DNA from: Neodothiora populina | Taxonomy: Eukaryota | Assembly: GCF_041146345.1 (NCBI RefSeq) | Contig: NW_027191414.1 | Location: 372,001 to 436,000 of the forward strand | DNA length: 64,000 nucleotides | Direction of reading: 5' to 3' | In this document: positions 1 to 11,969 of the stretch, piece after piece | Layout of the letters: every line of letters begins with the position of its first letter | How positions within the stretch are numbered: position 1 is the stretch's first letter | Position numbers and translations under genes: made by a program | Notes under the pieces: model-generated | Database searches by the model: none | Told to the model about the DNA's origin: nothing | Seen by the model: the letters and a program-made list of their open reading frames with translations, nothing else

Positions 1-1
1 G

Positions 2-2134
2 AATGTGAATGGTGATACCACGATAGAATTTGACATCAAGTACAATGGAGGCTTCAAGTTACAGATGGGAGCGGTAGCTCGTATCGACCTCGGTTCTCGC
101 CTGAAAGCGCGGGAAGTCAATCTCATCATGAGTGGTACCCTTCGCAAGCTCTCTGGGCACATGCTCGTTCGCATAAAGCCGCCCCCAAGCAATCGCTTCT
201 GGTTAACATTCGAGAATATGCCACACATTGAGTTGAGTATTGAACCCATCGTCAGCAGCAGGCAGATCACGTACGGAATCATCCTCCGTGCCATCGAAAG
301 CAGGATCAGAGAGGTTGTGGGCGAGACTCTCGTCTTTCCGAACTGGGACGACAGCCCGTTCCTTGACACTTCGAGAAAGGATTGTCGAGGCGGTATTTTT
401 GAATCCAACGCTACGGTGAACGGCTACCCAGCCTCAAAGGCGCAAGAGGCTGAAGATCACGCCTTACCGACTGTGGCACACGAACTTGCGAAGGTGGACG
501 ATCTCGACAAAGACTTGCCGGGCCTGTCATCGCTGAGGAACAGCCAGCAAAAGACAATGAGCATGCCTAGTCTGTCAGATCCCCCACAGAAATTTTCCTT
601 GCGTAAAGTCGCCAAGAAGTCTGTGACCAGCCTTGCAGAAGCCAGTACCGCCACCAGTACCGGTACTTCGATGACTGGTTCATCTAGTGTACATCCTGTC
701 GCAGCATCACCTCCATCGCTGCCATCGAGAAAGCCGAGGCCCATGCGCTCGCAGTCATTTGCGTCTGCAGCGACGCCTCTCGTGAGTACAGAGCAAGCGA
801 ATGCCGAGGCCATCAAGCCAGATAGCAGAAGTAAGAGGAACTCCAGGGGTGCCGTCGAATTAGTGAAAGAAGTTAATACCCGCAATCAATCACAATTTTC
901 ATCGCCAACTGCTCTCGAAGCAGACTGCGGATCGGAAGATGTGCCGCATTTCGACATGGACAAAGAATTGTTAGCGTACGTTCACGACGAGGTCGGGCAA
1001 GGCGACAGTGAAGAAGGTGCGAGCGAGACCAGCGCCAATGTGCCAGACAACACTCGAAGACTTTCTGAACCTGCAACGCCTGGGAAAGAGATTAATGATC
1101 CGGCTTTCGGCACTCCTCGCTCGCCATCTACATCAAGCATACCGATAAACGGCACCAGGTCACCTTCAATTGAGTCTTCCTCCAAGCTCAGCAGCCAATC
1201 TGCCCCTTCAACATCTCATTTGAGCACAGCTGCCAATGCAGCGAAGAAATGGGGTCTTGGAGTTCTCCACAGACAATCGGCAGGCTCAAGTATTACGTTG
1301 CCCAGTGGATCGTCAATGCTCTCCACTTCTAGCGTCAACAGCACAAGAACATCTTCTTCTGTGCAGCCCTCTCTATCGCTTTCGCCAAACCAATCTGCAC
1401 CTTCTCATGCTGAGACAGCCAGAGCACTCCCTCAAGTACGAGGGGGACCTATGGGTAGGGGACAGCCGTTACCGCCGCCCGGTATGCCCCTACCCGGACC
1501 TCGGGCCCAGAAGAGTTTGTGGTCTGCAAGCAGCCTGAATCTTGGCATAGGGAGCTTGAAGCGAAAGCCTGTTCCCGGTCCGCCGTTGCCACCACGAAGT
1601 GAAGAGCACAGCAATGAATCACGGAAGGTTCCCCCAGCTCTGCCAGCGAGAAATTCGAATGGAAGACAACTGCCACAAACTCGTTCCACCGTAACTCAAG
1701 ACTATACCACAGCTGGCGAAGATCCTAATGATAGCATGCTCGTAGTGACTGTCCCCGAAGAAGACGAAGACAACAGTATGCCTACAACGCCCATCAGACT
1801 CTCGTTCGATGGATCGGTACCTACTCATGGAGATGACATGGATCATACAGCCGTGTCCAGAAATGAACGTATTGATGGTGGTGATGATCGCCCTAGCTCG
1901 GATTTGCTCAATTTTGACACAACAATTTATGAGGATATCCGGTCAATACCACCACAAGATAACGCGCCGCCTGATACTGCTGAGGCTGGCGATGGGGGAA
2001 CGCTTAATGCCGAGGTGATTGAGCCAGGCGAAGCAAGTCGTCACAAGCTTGTAGAAGAAGTGGGTCCGATGATCGCTCACCAGGGTGATTCAGCATCGGT
2101 ACTACAGGATCATGCTGACCACGACCCTAGCTGA
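2..2134 (+). CDS. NVJ2: SMP(MMM1-type)-domain ER contact-site protein, Nvj2/TEX2-like; 5'-truncated by the window edge
   Basis: Frame is open from the window start. Contains LSGHMLVRIKPPPSNRFWLTFENMP..SIEPIVSSRQITY..IESRIREVVGETLVFPNWDD, the end of a Nvj2-type SMP domain, followed by a long S/P-rich tail. Confidence 0.8.
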   Translation, partial: NVNGDTTIEFDIKYNGGFKLQMGAVARIDLGSRLKAREVNLIMSGTLRKLSGHMLVRIKPPPSNRFWLTFENMPHIELSIEPIVSSRQITYGIILRAIESRIREVVGETLVFPNWDDSPFLDTSRKDCRGGIFESNATVNGYPASKAQEAEDHALPTVAHELAKVDDLDKDLPGLSSLRNSQQKTMSMPSLSDPPQKFSLRKVAKKSVTSLAEASTATSTGTSMTGSSSVHPVAASPPSLPSRKPRPMRSQSFASAATPLVSTEQANAEAIKPDSRSKRNSRGAVELVKEVNTRNQSQFSSPTALEADCGSEDVPHFDMDKELLAYVHDEVGQGDSEEGASETSANVPDNTRRLSEPATPGKEINDPAFGTPRSPSTSSIPINGTRSPSIESSSKLSSQSAPSTSHLSTAANAAKKWGLGVLHRQSAGSSITLPSGSSMLSTSSVNSTRTSSSVQPSLSLSPNQSAPSHAETARALPQVRGGPMGRGQPLPPPGMPLPGPRAQKSLWSASSLNLGIGSLKRKPVPGPPLPPRSEEHSNESRKVPPALPARNSNGRQLPQTRSTVTQDYTTAGEDPNDSMLVVTVPEEDEDNSMPTTPIRLSFDGSVPTHGDDMDHTAVSRNERIDGGDDRPSSDLLNFDTTIYEDIRSIPPQDNAPPDTAEAGDGGTLNAEVIEPGEASRHKLVEEVGPMIAHQGDSASVLQDHADHDPS

Positions 2135-2478
2135 AACCCTTCGTAGGTGTGTTATCAAACATTGTACGAGAGTATCCATAAAACAGTCTTGAAATTACGC
2201 CATGATCATTCCGTAATTTATAATAAGCCTATTCTGAAGTCACAATGCACTGCGTAGGGTCATGGATTCATGACTTGGCTGACTCTTGAGCCTCGAAAAA
2301 TGCTGTTCGCGTCTGCTTAACGGCCTCTGCGATGCACTTCGTCACTTTCTGCCTGTTCTTCTGTAAGACACCCCAGTGTGGGCCCATTTGGTGGTACAGT
2401 CACCGATGCAATGCCGTAAGAGCGAAAGATCTTGGGAGCGTAGTTGACTTTCGATATCGTGCTTCAACGGGACAGCCG

Positions 2479-3531
2479 TCAGTGCAGTAGCCACGTTCTA
2501 ACCACACCAATTCGATTGGCAGCAACTGGACCACGCTCGCCCATCTCTTCCAGCCTTCCTAAGAATGCTCCCAAATTACCTTTATCCTCTGCTCCCACTA
2601 CTGTTACCCATTGTGAAGCCTGGTAACGATTAGCTATAAGCATTGGTATGCCAGGTAAGAAACTTACTCTCGCGTACGACTGGTGGCCCAGATTATGCTA
2701 CAAGTTTGTCAGTTCAATCAAGCCAGCATACATAAGCTGCGGAGACCTACAAATTGAATGGCCTCCGTCCACAGTCCATTCTCGGTCAGTTGTGATATCT
2801 GAGTTGGCAAAAGCTTCTTTCTTGTGGGCTAAATGTGTGTGTTAGTTGCAGAAAGCCTCGGATGCGATATATGCTCACTATCTTGAGTTCTTCATCATGC
2901 GGATGAATCTGTAAGACCTATCAGCACTGATCCTCGTTTACATCAGCGAAGTCTCGAAACTTACAAGGCGAAGATAGGCTCTGAGCCTTATGTAGTCAGT
3001 TGACCAGTGAGACAGCATCGCCAGTGTTGCCTGTGGCAGCGCCTGCACAGTAGTCGCTTGAATGGAAGTCATGAAAGGATATCTTGGATCTGAGACTATT
3101 GGTTGTTCGAAGGGGGGTAAGAAATTGGCCACGATGGCAGATGGTGCTTCATTCGAAAGAAATTGGCTCCAAGGGTGCAGATCAGGTAAGTAATCCGGTT
3201 GATTTTTTTTGATTCGATCTGTCAGAAGTTCTTGTTGGCAATCACGAATCTCCTTTTTACGGTCGTGTACAGCCCTGATGATCACGATCGCTCCCTTGAT
3301 CAAATTGCCGATGGCAGACATGAAGACATTAAAGTCTTGGTGAGAAGGGAAAAGCGCTGGATGAGCCTTCAACATCAGGACTGCATCTGTGATGACTTGC
3401 AGGCGCTCCACAATGATGCCACGGTTGAAATAATCCGGATCAAAAACGTAAACGGATTGAAGACACTTTAGATCGTTCTGGAGCTTGACGCAGATGAGAC
3501 GAATCTGCTCTTTATGTCTTGCACTCATCAT
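2479..3531 (-). CDS. Hypothetical protein, 281 aa, 5 coding exons (3531-2965, 2908-2879, 2828-2751, 2697-2668, 2619-2479)
   Basis: The 197-aa ORF is extended by four canonical introns (donors GTAAGT/GTGAGC/GTAGGT/GTAAGT, CTRAY branch points, YAG acceptors, 48-56 nt). They join into an uninterrupted frame ending ..VVRTWLLH-TGA. Confidence 0.75.
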
Positions 3532-4684
3532 TTCTAAGCTAGTTAGTGCACGTCGCCATCATCGTTCAAGTGTTAGAATACACAAACCATCTTATGACGC
3601 GATTGCGGTATGATCAATGAAGAGTTTCTGCTGCGTTGGAGCGTCAAGTAAAGCTCTTGATGTGAGATAATGCAACAGAAAACGAACAACGCAAAAGGTC
3701 ATAAATTCCAAGAAAAGGTGGTGTTTATTGTCTTCACGACAATAGAAGTCATCCCATTATTCAGATGGTCTCAGATGTGTACACAGACATCTATTCAGTT
3801 GCATAGCAGGCTGACTACCACACTCTTCCACGGCAGTCTTTTCCCAGCCACCTCCTTTACTTTAGTCCTTTAGAGGTATCCAAATTGTCTCCTATGATGT
3901 ATATCCTCGACAAAACATCTGTACCATGCTGCGATGCAATCAGAGACACGCCCATCAACCAAGCACAGCCAACAGGGTAGATAGTAGGTAGATAGCACTA
4001 ATAAGTCCAACTCTCACATAAGGGGAACAGCAACCAATGAATAGTTTTTGCTTTTCCAGTCTCCTCGTTCCTCTCCTCCCTCTTCTCCTACTCTCTCTGT
4101 TCCTCTTTCTCCCTTCCTCTTTTCCCCTTCCTCATTTTCCTTCTCCTCCTTTTCCCCCTCCTCCTCGTAAAGTCCCGTGACCATCACCATAGCCATCCCC
4201 AACCTCCTCATATCAATCAGCACCGCCCTAACCTCCTTGCTTCCAGTCTTGCCCTAGCCATCAGCACAATCAGCACCATCAGAAGCGCATACCACTACCC
4301 CCCACCCTCCCCCCGACGGCCTAGGGGGTGGAGAGTGTCATGTACCGATCTATTGACATGTCCGTCTGCTTTCGTGTTGGCTTCGTCTTCTTCGTTGCTT
4401 TGTGCGATATATGCATCTACTTCTCTGCTGAAGTGAAGAACGGAAGAGAGCGGGGGTCTTTTTCGCAGCCTCTCTTGTCCTTCTGGCATGTCTGGTCGCG
4501 GGACAGAAGGCAAGAATGAGGTTGTATGGGATTCGGGTCTCTGTTATTGATGATGATGATGTTACAATTATGTTTTGTTGGCTTATAGCTATATTATCTC
4601 CATTCCACTGCCTCGTTTCTGCACTTCGTATTGCTAGACCCACGAAATCGCAGCTGGCGTTTTTCCTGCTTTCTCCGTCTCCCT

Positions 4685-6810
4685 TTACCATGCGTCAGGT
4701 TTTTTCAGCGAGACAGAAAAAGCAAGAAAAGGAAAGGAAAGGAAATTAATCCCCCCCCTCCAATCACTGCACCAAATGAACGTGCCACACCTCCACTGCG
4801 AGCCCTTCTCCTTCTGGCCCGACGGGCCTAGCGGCCGCGTGCACATCCAAAAACTCCTGCCCTGGTTCTCTCCCTTCTTCTTCGTGAGCATCGATTTGCA
4901 CGGCTCCGAATGGCCCTCGCAGAGAGGGGGCCGGGACTTTTTGCGTTGGAAGAGGGATTGCCAGCTTTCTTTTGAGACTATGGGGTCGTGCACTAGGATG
5001 TCTGATTGCGGGGGTTCTTGGTCTTGGGGGTTAGGCGGATGGGTGGAGGGGCCGGTGTTGTGCGGCATGACTGGGTCGGGGAGAACGGGGGATGCTGTGG
5101 TTGTGTCTGATGATGCATCGATGGGACCAGTGAGAGGATCGTCGCCGTTGTGGTTGCTGTAGGTAGAGTCGACTTCGATGTTGGTATGTGCTGTTGTTTG
5201 TTCTTTCTTTGGCGAAGCCCCGGGCTTCTTGGTCGATGACGATGGTTGGAAGAAACTCTTCATGCTTGCTTGGTTTTTGCCGGTGGTGGGTTTTGTCGGT
5301 AATGATGTGAATGACTTTTGCTTCTTCAACGGTCTGGGGGCTGATGTCTCTGTTGGCTTGCGCTTCCTGTCCGGCGATGAGACGACAGCCTTTGGTGTTG
5401 ATGAGACGGTCGACAGCGAGGAAGAGGGTCCTTCTGAGGTTTCGCTTGCAGAGGCCAGCAGGTCAGCATTAGCGGGCTCTATTGAACAAAGCGATTTCGA
5501 CATCGGAGTGCTAGAGGCAGAACTGGTCGAGCTTGGTGCCGTTGGCTTTTTGAACATGTCCTTGATGCTTCGTCTTTGATAGAACTCGGGCATCAATTTG
5601 GCGCTGAAAGGTGGCACCTCTTTGACAATCCATGGGTTTTGTCGCTCGCCACTCTCGAAGACACCGACGGGAGACATGATATCCAGCAAGTTCACGTCTT
5701 CCTCTGTGTCATCTGGTTTCCGGAGTGGAACCGTCGCCCTGAAGTCTCCGTAGACGGGACAATGGTCGGAGCCCTAGCGATAGTCATCAGCACAACTGTT
5801 GCGAGCCATTTATGAAGGATCACAAAACCCACCATCAGACCCTCTTGTATATCGGCAGCGGAAAACCATCCATCCATTTGCGTGCTTGCTAGGATGAAAT
5901 CTATCCTACTACCAAAGTTTCCGGGACGAGCATTCACCTTCTGCTCCCAGTGCGTGTACATGCCCCTACGGTCAGGATGGCAGTCTCGCACGACATCCAT
6001 AAGGACAGGCGTCTCTCTGCCTTCGTCTCTCTCCCCAAACACTTCACCTCCTACTATCAATTGGTTGAAGACGCGACGGTTGGGAGTGCTGATGTATTGC
6101 TCATGCGTCATGCCGTTCTTTCGAAGCTCCTCGGCGGCGCCAGCCGTGTCGATCTCGCTTCTCGAGACATTAAGATCACCCACCAACACGACGCGTTTGC
6201 CGAGCTTGATCAAGTTGCGTATGCGACACTCGAGAGCACAGAGAAAGCCGTAGCGGAAATCATCCCGAAGACCATTGGAGTTGGCCGGACTGTAAACGCC
6301 GAAGAGAACAAAGGCCGGGAATTCGAGACAGACGCAACGACCTTCAGAGTCCAGTGCCGCAGGATCGACGCCCCATTCGACGATCTGGAGTTCTGACGGG
6401 TAGCCTCCTATGTGCTGAGACTCTGGAAGCTCACGATAGGAAAGTGTCGAGTTGGGAGGCGTCAGGACGCCAAGGATACCTTCTTCAGCACGGATGGGCG
6501 AACAAGTCGCATTCCGGGTGTAGATGCCAACTCCCGAGTATCCTAGACGTTGTGGATTAGACCCAAGTTCTAGATAAGTCAAAGCAGAGAACGAACCTTT
6601 TTTGTGTTTTGGCAGACTGAAATAGCAGTCCCATCCATCAATGAGGACCATGTCGTCACGCAAGTCTTTTCTCTGGATCTTGAGTTCCTGCATGACGACA
6701 ATGTCGGCCTCGAGGATGTCGAACATGGCGGGAAACGTCCGAGCTGAGTTCCATGGTTGGTAGCCGAACGGGTTCCTAATCCCGTTCACGTTCCAAGTCG
6801 TGAGTCTCAT
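4685..6810 (-). CDS. APN2: DNA-(apurinic/apyrimidinic site) endonuclease 2 (ExoIII family with C-terminal GRF zinc finger)
   Basis: MRLTTWNVNGIR, QELK, GDLN, GSRIDFIL and, after the intron at 5832-5774, GSDHCPV. C-terminal CEGHSEPC..GRSFWMC..CGTFIW Zf-GRF. First intron 6596-6543. The true stop may be ~4746 if the C8 run lacks one base. Confidence 0.95.
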
Positions 6811-7060
6811 TATGGGTGGTGCGTGAGGTGTTGACAGCAAGTGAATGGATCGAAAGCACGCTTCATAACTTCGTAGACGTTCGAGTTCGGTTCATCAGAG
6901 TTTGGTCATTAGCATAGCAAGAGAGTCAGAGGCGGTCACGAAAGCATCGACACAACTATTCGATTATGCGCGGATCGAAAGTCGTGTATACCGAGTGTAT
7001 GTATGTATGTACTGTAGAGCCGTCAAACGCCACTTACCAGAGATCCCCCCGCACAATACT

Positions 7061-7102
7061 GGAGCAGCAGCAGCAGGAGCAGCAGCAGGAGCAGCAGCAG
7101 GA
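7061..7102. repeat. Imperfect CAG/GGA trinucleotide repeat in the APN2-COX13 divergent intergenic region
   Basis: ggagcagcagcagcaggagcagcagcaggagcagcagcagga. Confidence 0.85.
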
Positions 7103-7400
7103 CGAAGCGTTGACGTCGTGGTCAGAATCCGGGGAAAGACAACCAGGGCTTTTTCGACCAGTTCGGAATCCAGCATCCGAGCAGGCAGCAGCACAGTAAG
7201 TAACAAACCAGGGCTAACAGGTGACGGCAGCCCGGGTGCCGCCAAAACCAACCAATCCGAATCTTGGCAAAATGAACGGGCAACTTCAGGTCATCCACAC
7301 TTCCAACTCTACTTGAGCATAGCTATCTATACCGCCTTTGTCGTCCATACCCAATTCCAAACCCAAACAAAAACAAAAACAAAAACAACCAATATCAAAA

Positions 7401-8112
7401 ATGTTCGCCGCAAGACGCGCCGCCACGCAATTGTGCTCCTCGCCCGTCCTCCGCCAGACCGGTCTCCGTCGCTTCGAGTCCGGACTCGCCGGCGCCGCCG
7501 ACAATGCTTTCAACCGCGAGCGCACTGCTGTCAAGGAGCACGCCGCTGCCACTTCTGGTATGTGCTTTTTCTTCTTTTTCTCCTCGGTCTTGTCGGGTTG
7601 GAGGGGGGTTGGGGAGAGAGGGGAGAAGAGGGGAGAGGGGGGTCGCTCGGGCGATTGAGAAAAAGGGAAGAAGAACAGAAGAGGAGGACCGGTGGATAGA
7701 TGAAGCCCACGAGAAAGAGATGAGAGCTGCAGAAGAATGAAAGGAAAAGACCAATCGGAGGAACCATGACGAAAATCCTACCAAGAGAACCAACCAACTA
7801 ACACACTCCAGACCTCTGGCGCAAGCTCTCCATCTAGTACGCATTCCCCTGAACCTCCCAGAAACCCCCAAGGTAAGGAAACAGCCTCTAACAAGCAACA
7901 GCGTCGTGGTCCCCGCCATCGCCATCGCAAGCGTAAACGCCTACAGCCTGTGGACCGAGCACTGGGAGCACGTCGCCCACGCGCCCCCCAAGGAAGAGCA
8001 GCCCGAGTACCCCTACCAGAACATCCGCACCAAGAACTTCTTCTTCGGTGATGGCGACAAGACTCTGTTCTGGAACGACAAGGTCAACTATCACAAGAAG
8101 TCTGAAGAGTAG
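7401..8112 (+). CDS. COX13: Cytochrome c oxidase subunit VIa, mitochondrial precursor
   Basis: Presequence MFAARRAATQL, then NAFNRERTAVKEHAAATS|DLWRKLSI|YVVVPAIAIASVNAY..EYPYQNIRTKNFFFGDGDKTLFWN. Introns 7558-7811 and ~7837-7901. Confidence 0.95.
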
Positions 8113-8453
8113 ATTTTTGGGTTTTTACTCTGATGCTCAAGATGATGGTTGGAGGGGGGTGAGGGGTGGATACAGAGATAGACAGATCTCAAGGATGGAA
8201 AGCGGAGAGCTCAAGCTGGAGGTGATGAGAGCAAGAAAGAGGGAAAGGATTTGTGTTGGCTGCCCCCCTTCTTCGCTCTTTTTTTGTACAGAAAGTCACC
8301 TAGGTGTAGCACAAACTTTCGGAATCGCAAAGCAATGGCATTGAACGTTGACATGCACCAACTATAACCCGACCTCGATTTTTGTCTTTGTTCTCTTCCA
8401 CTTCCTCTCTCCTCTCCCGTGCCTCTTTCCTCGCGACTCATGACAGCTCGAGC

Positions 8454-11168
8454 TCACAAGTTCCGCCCGAGCAGCTCCTCGGTCCTCTTTTCCGCCTCGG
8501 CGACGACATGGGCATAAACCTCCTCCGTCTCCTCGGCCAGGGCTTCCTCGCCTTTATACGCGAACAGCATCGCCTTGCGCGCCACAGTGGCCAGCACGCC
8601 GTCGAGGTCTTCGACGCGGGCGTAGGCGTCTCTGGCCCGCTCGACATATGTCAGTGCGGCGCTGATGTGCGCGTCTCGCTCTTTTGAACCTTCTACGCAT
8701 GAATGGCCTGCTAGGCCCACGTGTGCGTCTGTGAGCAGGTTGTACAGGTTGGCGATTAGGTATTCGTTGGCGCTTTCTAGGACCTTTTTGATTATGGATC
8801 GAGCTATGATTAGTTTTGTGTCGCCGTTGCTCATCAGCATATCGATGGACTGCTTACCTGTGGCATGATGGCATCCACGACGTCTCTCACGGCGCCGAAT
8901 TCGCCGAGGTCGACGAGGATCACGCACAGTGCGGCTAGAGCCTCCCACATCGTCGGCAATAACAGACTGCGGTGTGCTGATGATGCTGCACGCAGCACTA
9001 TGCTGAAGCCCTTCTCGGGTACGCCTGATGAGGCAAATACATGTGCCTTGAGTATGAGGAGTTTGCTCCTGTGTAGCATGTCTTTATTTCTTGTCAGTCG
9101 AACTGTATTCGGGGAGGCGGAAGAGACAAAACATACCGACAGTGTCGGCCTTTTTGGCCTCGTCAATCCTATTACAGATGTATTCAAAAGCTTGTTTCAA
9201 TTCCTTCTTGCGGAACAAAAGCTCGATCTCTAAAACGTGCGTCTCGAAGACGATCCCTGCGTCTGCGATTGAGCGTATCGGCCGGACTTGTTCCAGGTAT
9301 CGCTCCGCTGCCCATAGTTCACCCCTACGAGACCTTCAGCATATCTGGCTGGGAACAGGAAGAAGGAAAACTTACTGGTGAAGAGCTCGTCTTAGTTGGA
9401 CCATCGCAGCGAATGCGAGGAACGTCTGGTCTAATCGCAGTGTATGCAATGGCGCTGGGTTGTTCTGCCGGAGCAGCTCGAGAGCTTCATCGTATCTGCC
9501 ACTCATGGCAAGATTGTACGCGTTCTGTAACACTGTGCTGAGCAGATCTGGTTTCGAAGCCGTCGAACCGTGTATCTGCTGTGTGATGTCCAAGTACTGT
9601 CCTGCGAGAGACATCTGGCCTGATCGGTATTAGTATAGAGTTACGACAAGACACAAAAGTGCTGACCTAATCGGTTGAACATGGCAGACTGTAGCCGAAG
9701 CTGACTAGGGATCATGTTCCTGATGTCGTAGGTGTTGTTGAGATAGCTTGACTGGTATGCTTGCTCCAATGCTTTGGCAATGCTGTCACCCTGCGTGAAT
9801 GTCAGACACGGCATACAGATGACCCCAAACAGTCACTCACGCTTTCAATTGTCGCCTCGGCTTGTGTGAGGAGGGAGCTGCTCAGCGTCGCCCAATCTTT
9901 GCTTTCGACTGCTTTTTGCTGCAAGAAGGTGATGATATCACTCTCGCTGCCAGCAATGTCGTTTCCACCCATGCCACTTTCGAGACCCGCAAAGTCAGGG
10001 TAGGCCTTGCGGAGATGTGCCAACCATGAAAGTCCGAAATGGAGACAGCGAGCGTCCTGATTCTCCCGTGCTGTGTTGGATCAGCCAACGTTCGACGCTG
10101 TATCGACTTTCGGCAGCTCACCTGTAGCTATGCATTCATTCATCGCGGATATTGCTTCGCCATAACAGCCAAAGTCGGCGTGGAGCACCGCAAGGTGCAA
10201 CAAGGCATATTGATGGTATGTTTTGATGCTCTGCTCCGCTTGGTGGCCCTCCATGGTGTAGTCGAAGTAACGGTGAAGAAGTTCGACTGCATCATTATAT
10301 GCGCCACCGCGCCAGGCGTCGAAAAAGCTGAGAGGAAATGTCAGTAATGATACCAAGACCTGTTTCGATCCGCAACGGTGTCCTACTTTATGAAGTGAAC
10401 TTCAGATGGTACTGATCCTCCTTGATCGGTCATTCGTTTTAGTTGGTTCTTCATCTCGTCCGGCACGCGCGTGCCATACTTTTGTAATTTCGAAAGCTGG
10501 AAATGAATGGCTCTCTCGACATCATCAAGACTCGAAGGAGTGTCCGAGCTGTACTGACGCTTTCTCAGCCGCTCGATGAGCACCGCTGATGCAGTTGGCT
10601 TCTCATGATGCAGCAGATCCACAGACGCTGCATTCGGAAAGTCGCGCGCATATCGACTACCCGGATTGCGCAAGGTGTAGGTAGTCCTGGTCGGCTCTCG
10701 AAATAGTACGAAGCTCTCCCAGAGTTGGTAAGCGTCGCCGAATTGGAGTCGCACTGATTCCAGATGGCATCTGCGTGTGAACTGGCCAATTGGACTTGTG
10801 GGACTGCACCCCGGCGATTTTCCACCAGTCTCATTCGGCCGAGAAGATTGTGTGATTGCAGTGAGATCCTGGAAGAAGTCGGTGAAAGTCACAAGATCAT
10901 GAAGCTCCCATAATTTCGTGAGAAAGACATCATGTAGTGACCGGCCAGGATGATTGGACTCTTGTGCTGCAAGTAGTATTTCGAAGTCTTTCAGCGAGGC
11001 TGGCGAAGGTCCATTCTGTTCGGACCCAGGGTCGACGGAGCGCTGAATAATATGTGAGGAGATGAATGAGAGTACAGGAACCGTAGATTTCTGAGGTGGC
11101 GTCTCGTTGCAGTAGATCTGGATCAGGACCAATACGCAGACTTTGGATGGAGTGAGGAACCGCGACAT
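8454..11168 (-). CDS. APC5: Anaphase-promoting complex subunit 5 (8 exons)
   Basis: MSRFLTPSKV, SPTSPIGQFTRRC, LHRYFDYTM..HQYALLHLAVLHADFG..AMNECIATARENQD (Apc5 motifs). Seven canonical introns traced in frame. Confidence 0.9.
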
Positions 11169-11969
11169 TATGAACGAGTCATGCTCGGGACGATTTCAAG
11201 ATGTATTCAATCAAGCAGAGGGATATTCGAAGCGTGGTACAAAAGTCAAGTCACGCGGATGGTCTGGTGTTTTTATTATTGTCACGTCAGGCAGGTGGTG
11301 GCATAACACGTCTTGATATATTCACCAAAGAAGACGCCGCACGACGAGTCCACCAGTCGAGGGCAAGAAGCAAGATCTACCCAAGTCTATGCAATTGACG
11401 CGAATAGGTTGCTTCTTTTCCTCGACTCTTTATGAGCAAAGGTGTTCATTGATATATTGTGTGCGATGGCATCACTCATCAAACCCGACTAAATGCTTTA
11501 TTACGGAAGTGGGGAAAAGGGAGATGCGGGCTGGTCGAGGTTAACGCCTCTGTCGAGAGGGACTCGCAAGATAGAAAATCAAACAAATCATGGACCATGA
11601 ACGAAATAATGACCCGAGTGTCTATCGGATTCATACTGTCTACTAACATCTACCGAACCATCACTGAAGACCACAATTAACATAACTGGGCCTTGATCAA
11701 CTAGGACCAAATCGAGTTTGACGATGATAGACAGGGTTGCCCTAGATCGCAAGACGCTTCAACATAACAAGGGGTGGAAGGCACGCACTCGAAATACAAA
11801 GGTTCGGGCTTGACCCATAGTCGAATCATTCGTACAGTATAGCGGGGAAAAGTGAAATTCCCCAAAAAGCCGACAGAGTGAAGAGCGACAGCCTTCGCTC
11901 AAGGACTGCCTATGTTACAATGCTGTCGTAAAGTCCCCAACGACAACGAAAATCACTTTTTTTGGTTCT

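Noticed and set aside
6902..7925. 265-aa and 176-aa ORFs over the APN2-COX13 promoter and COX13 intron
   Set aside because: Low-complexity translations of repeats, UTR and a purine-rich intron. COX13 explains the region.
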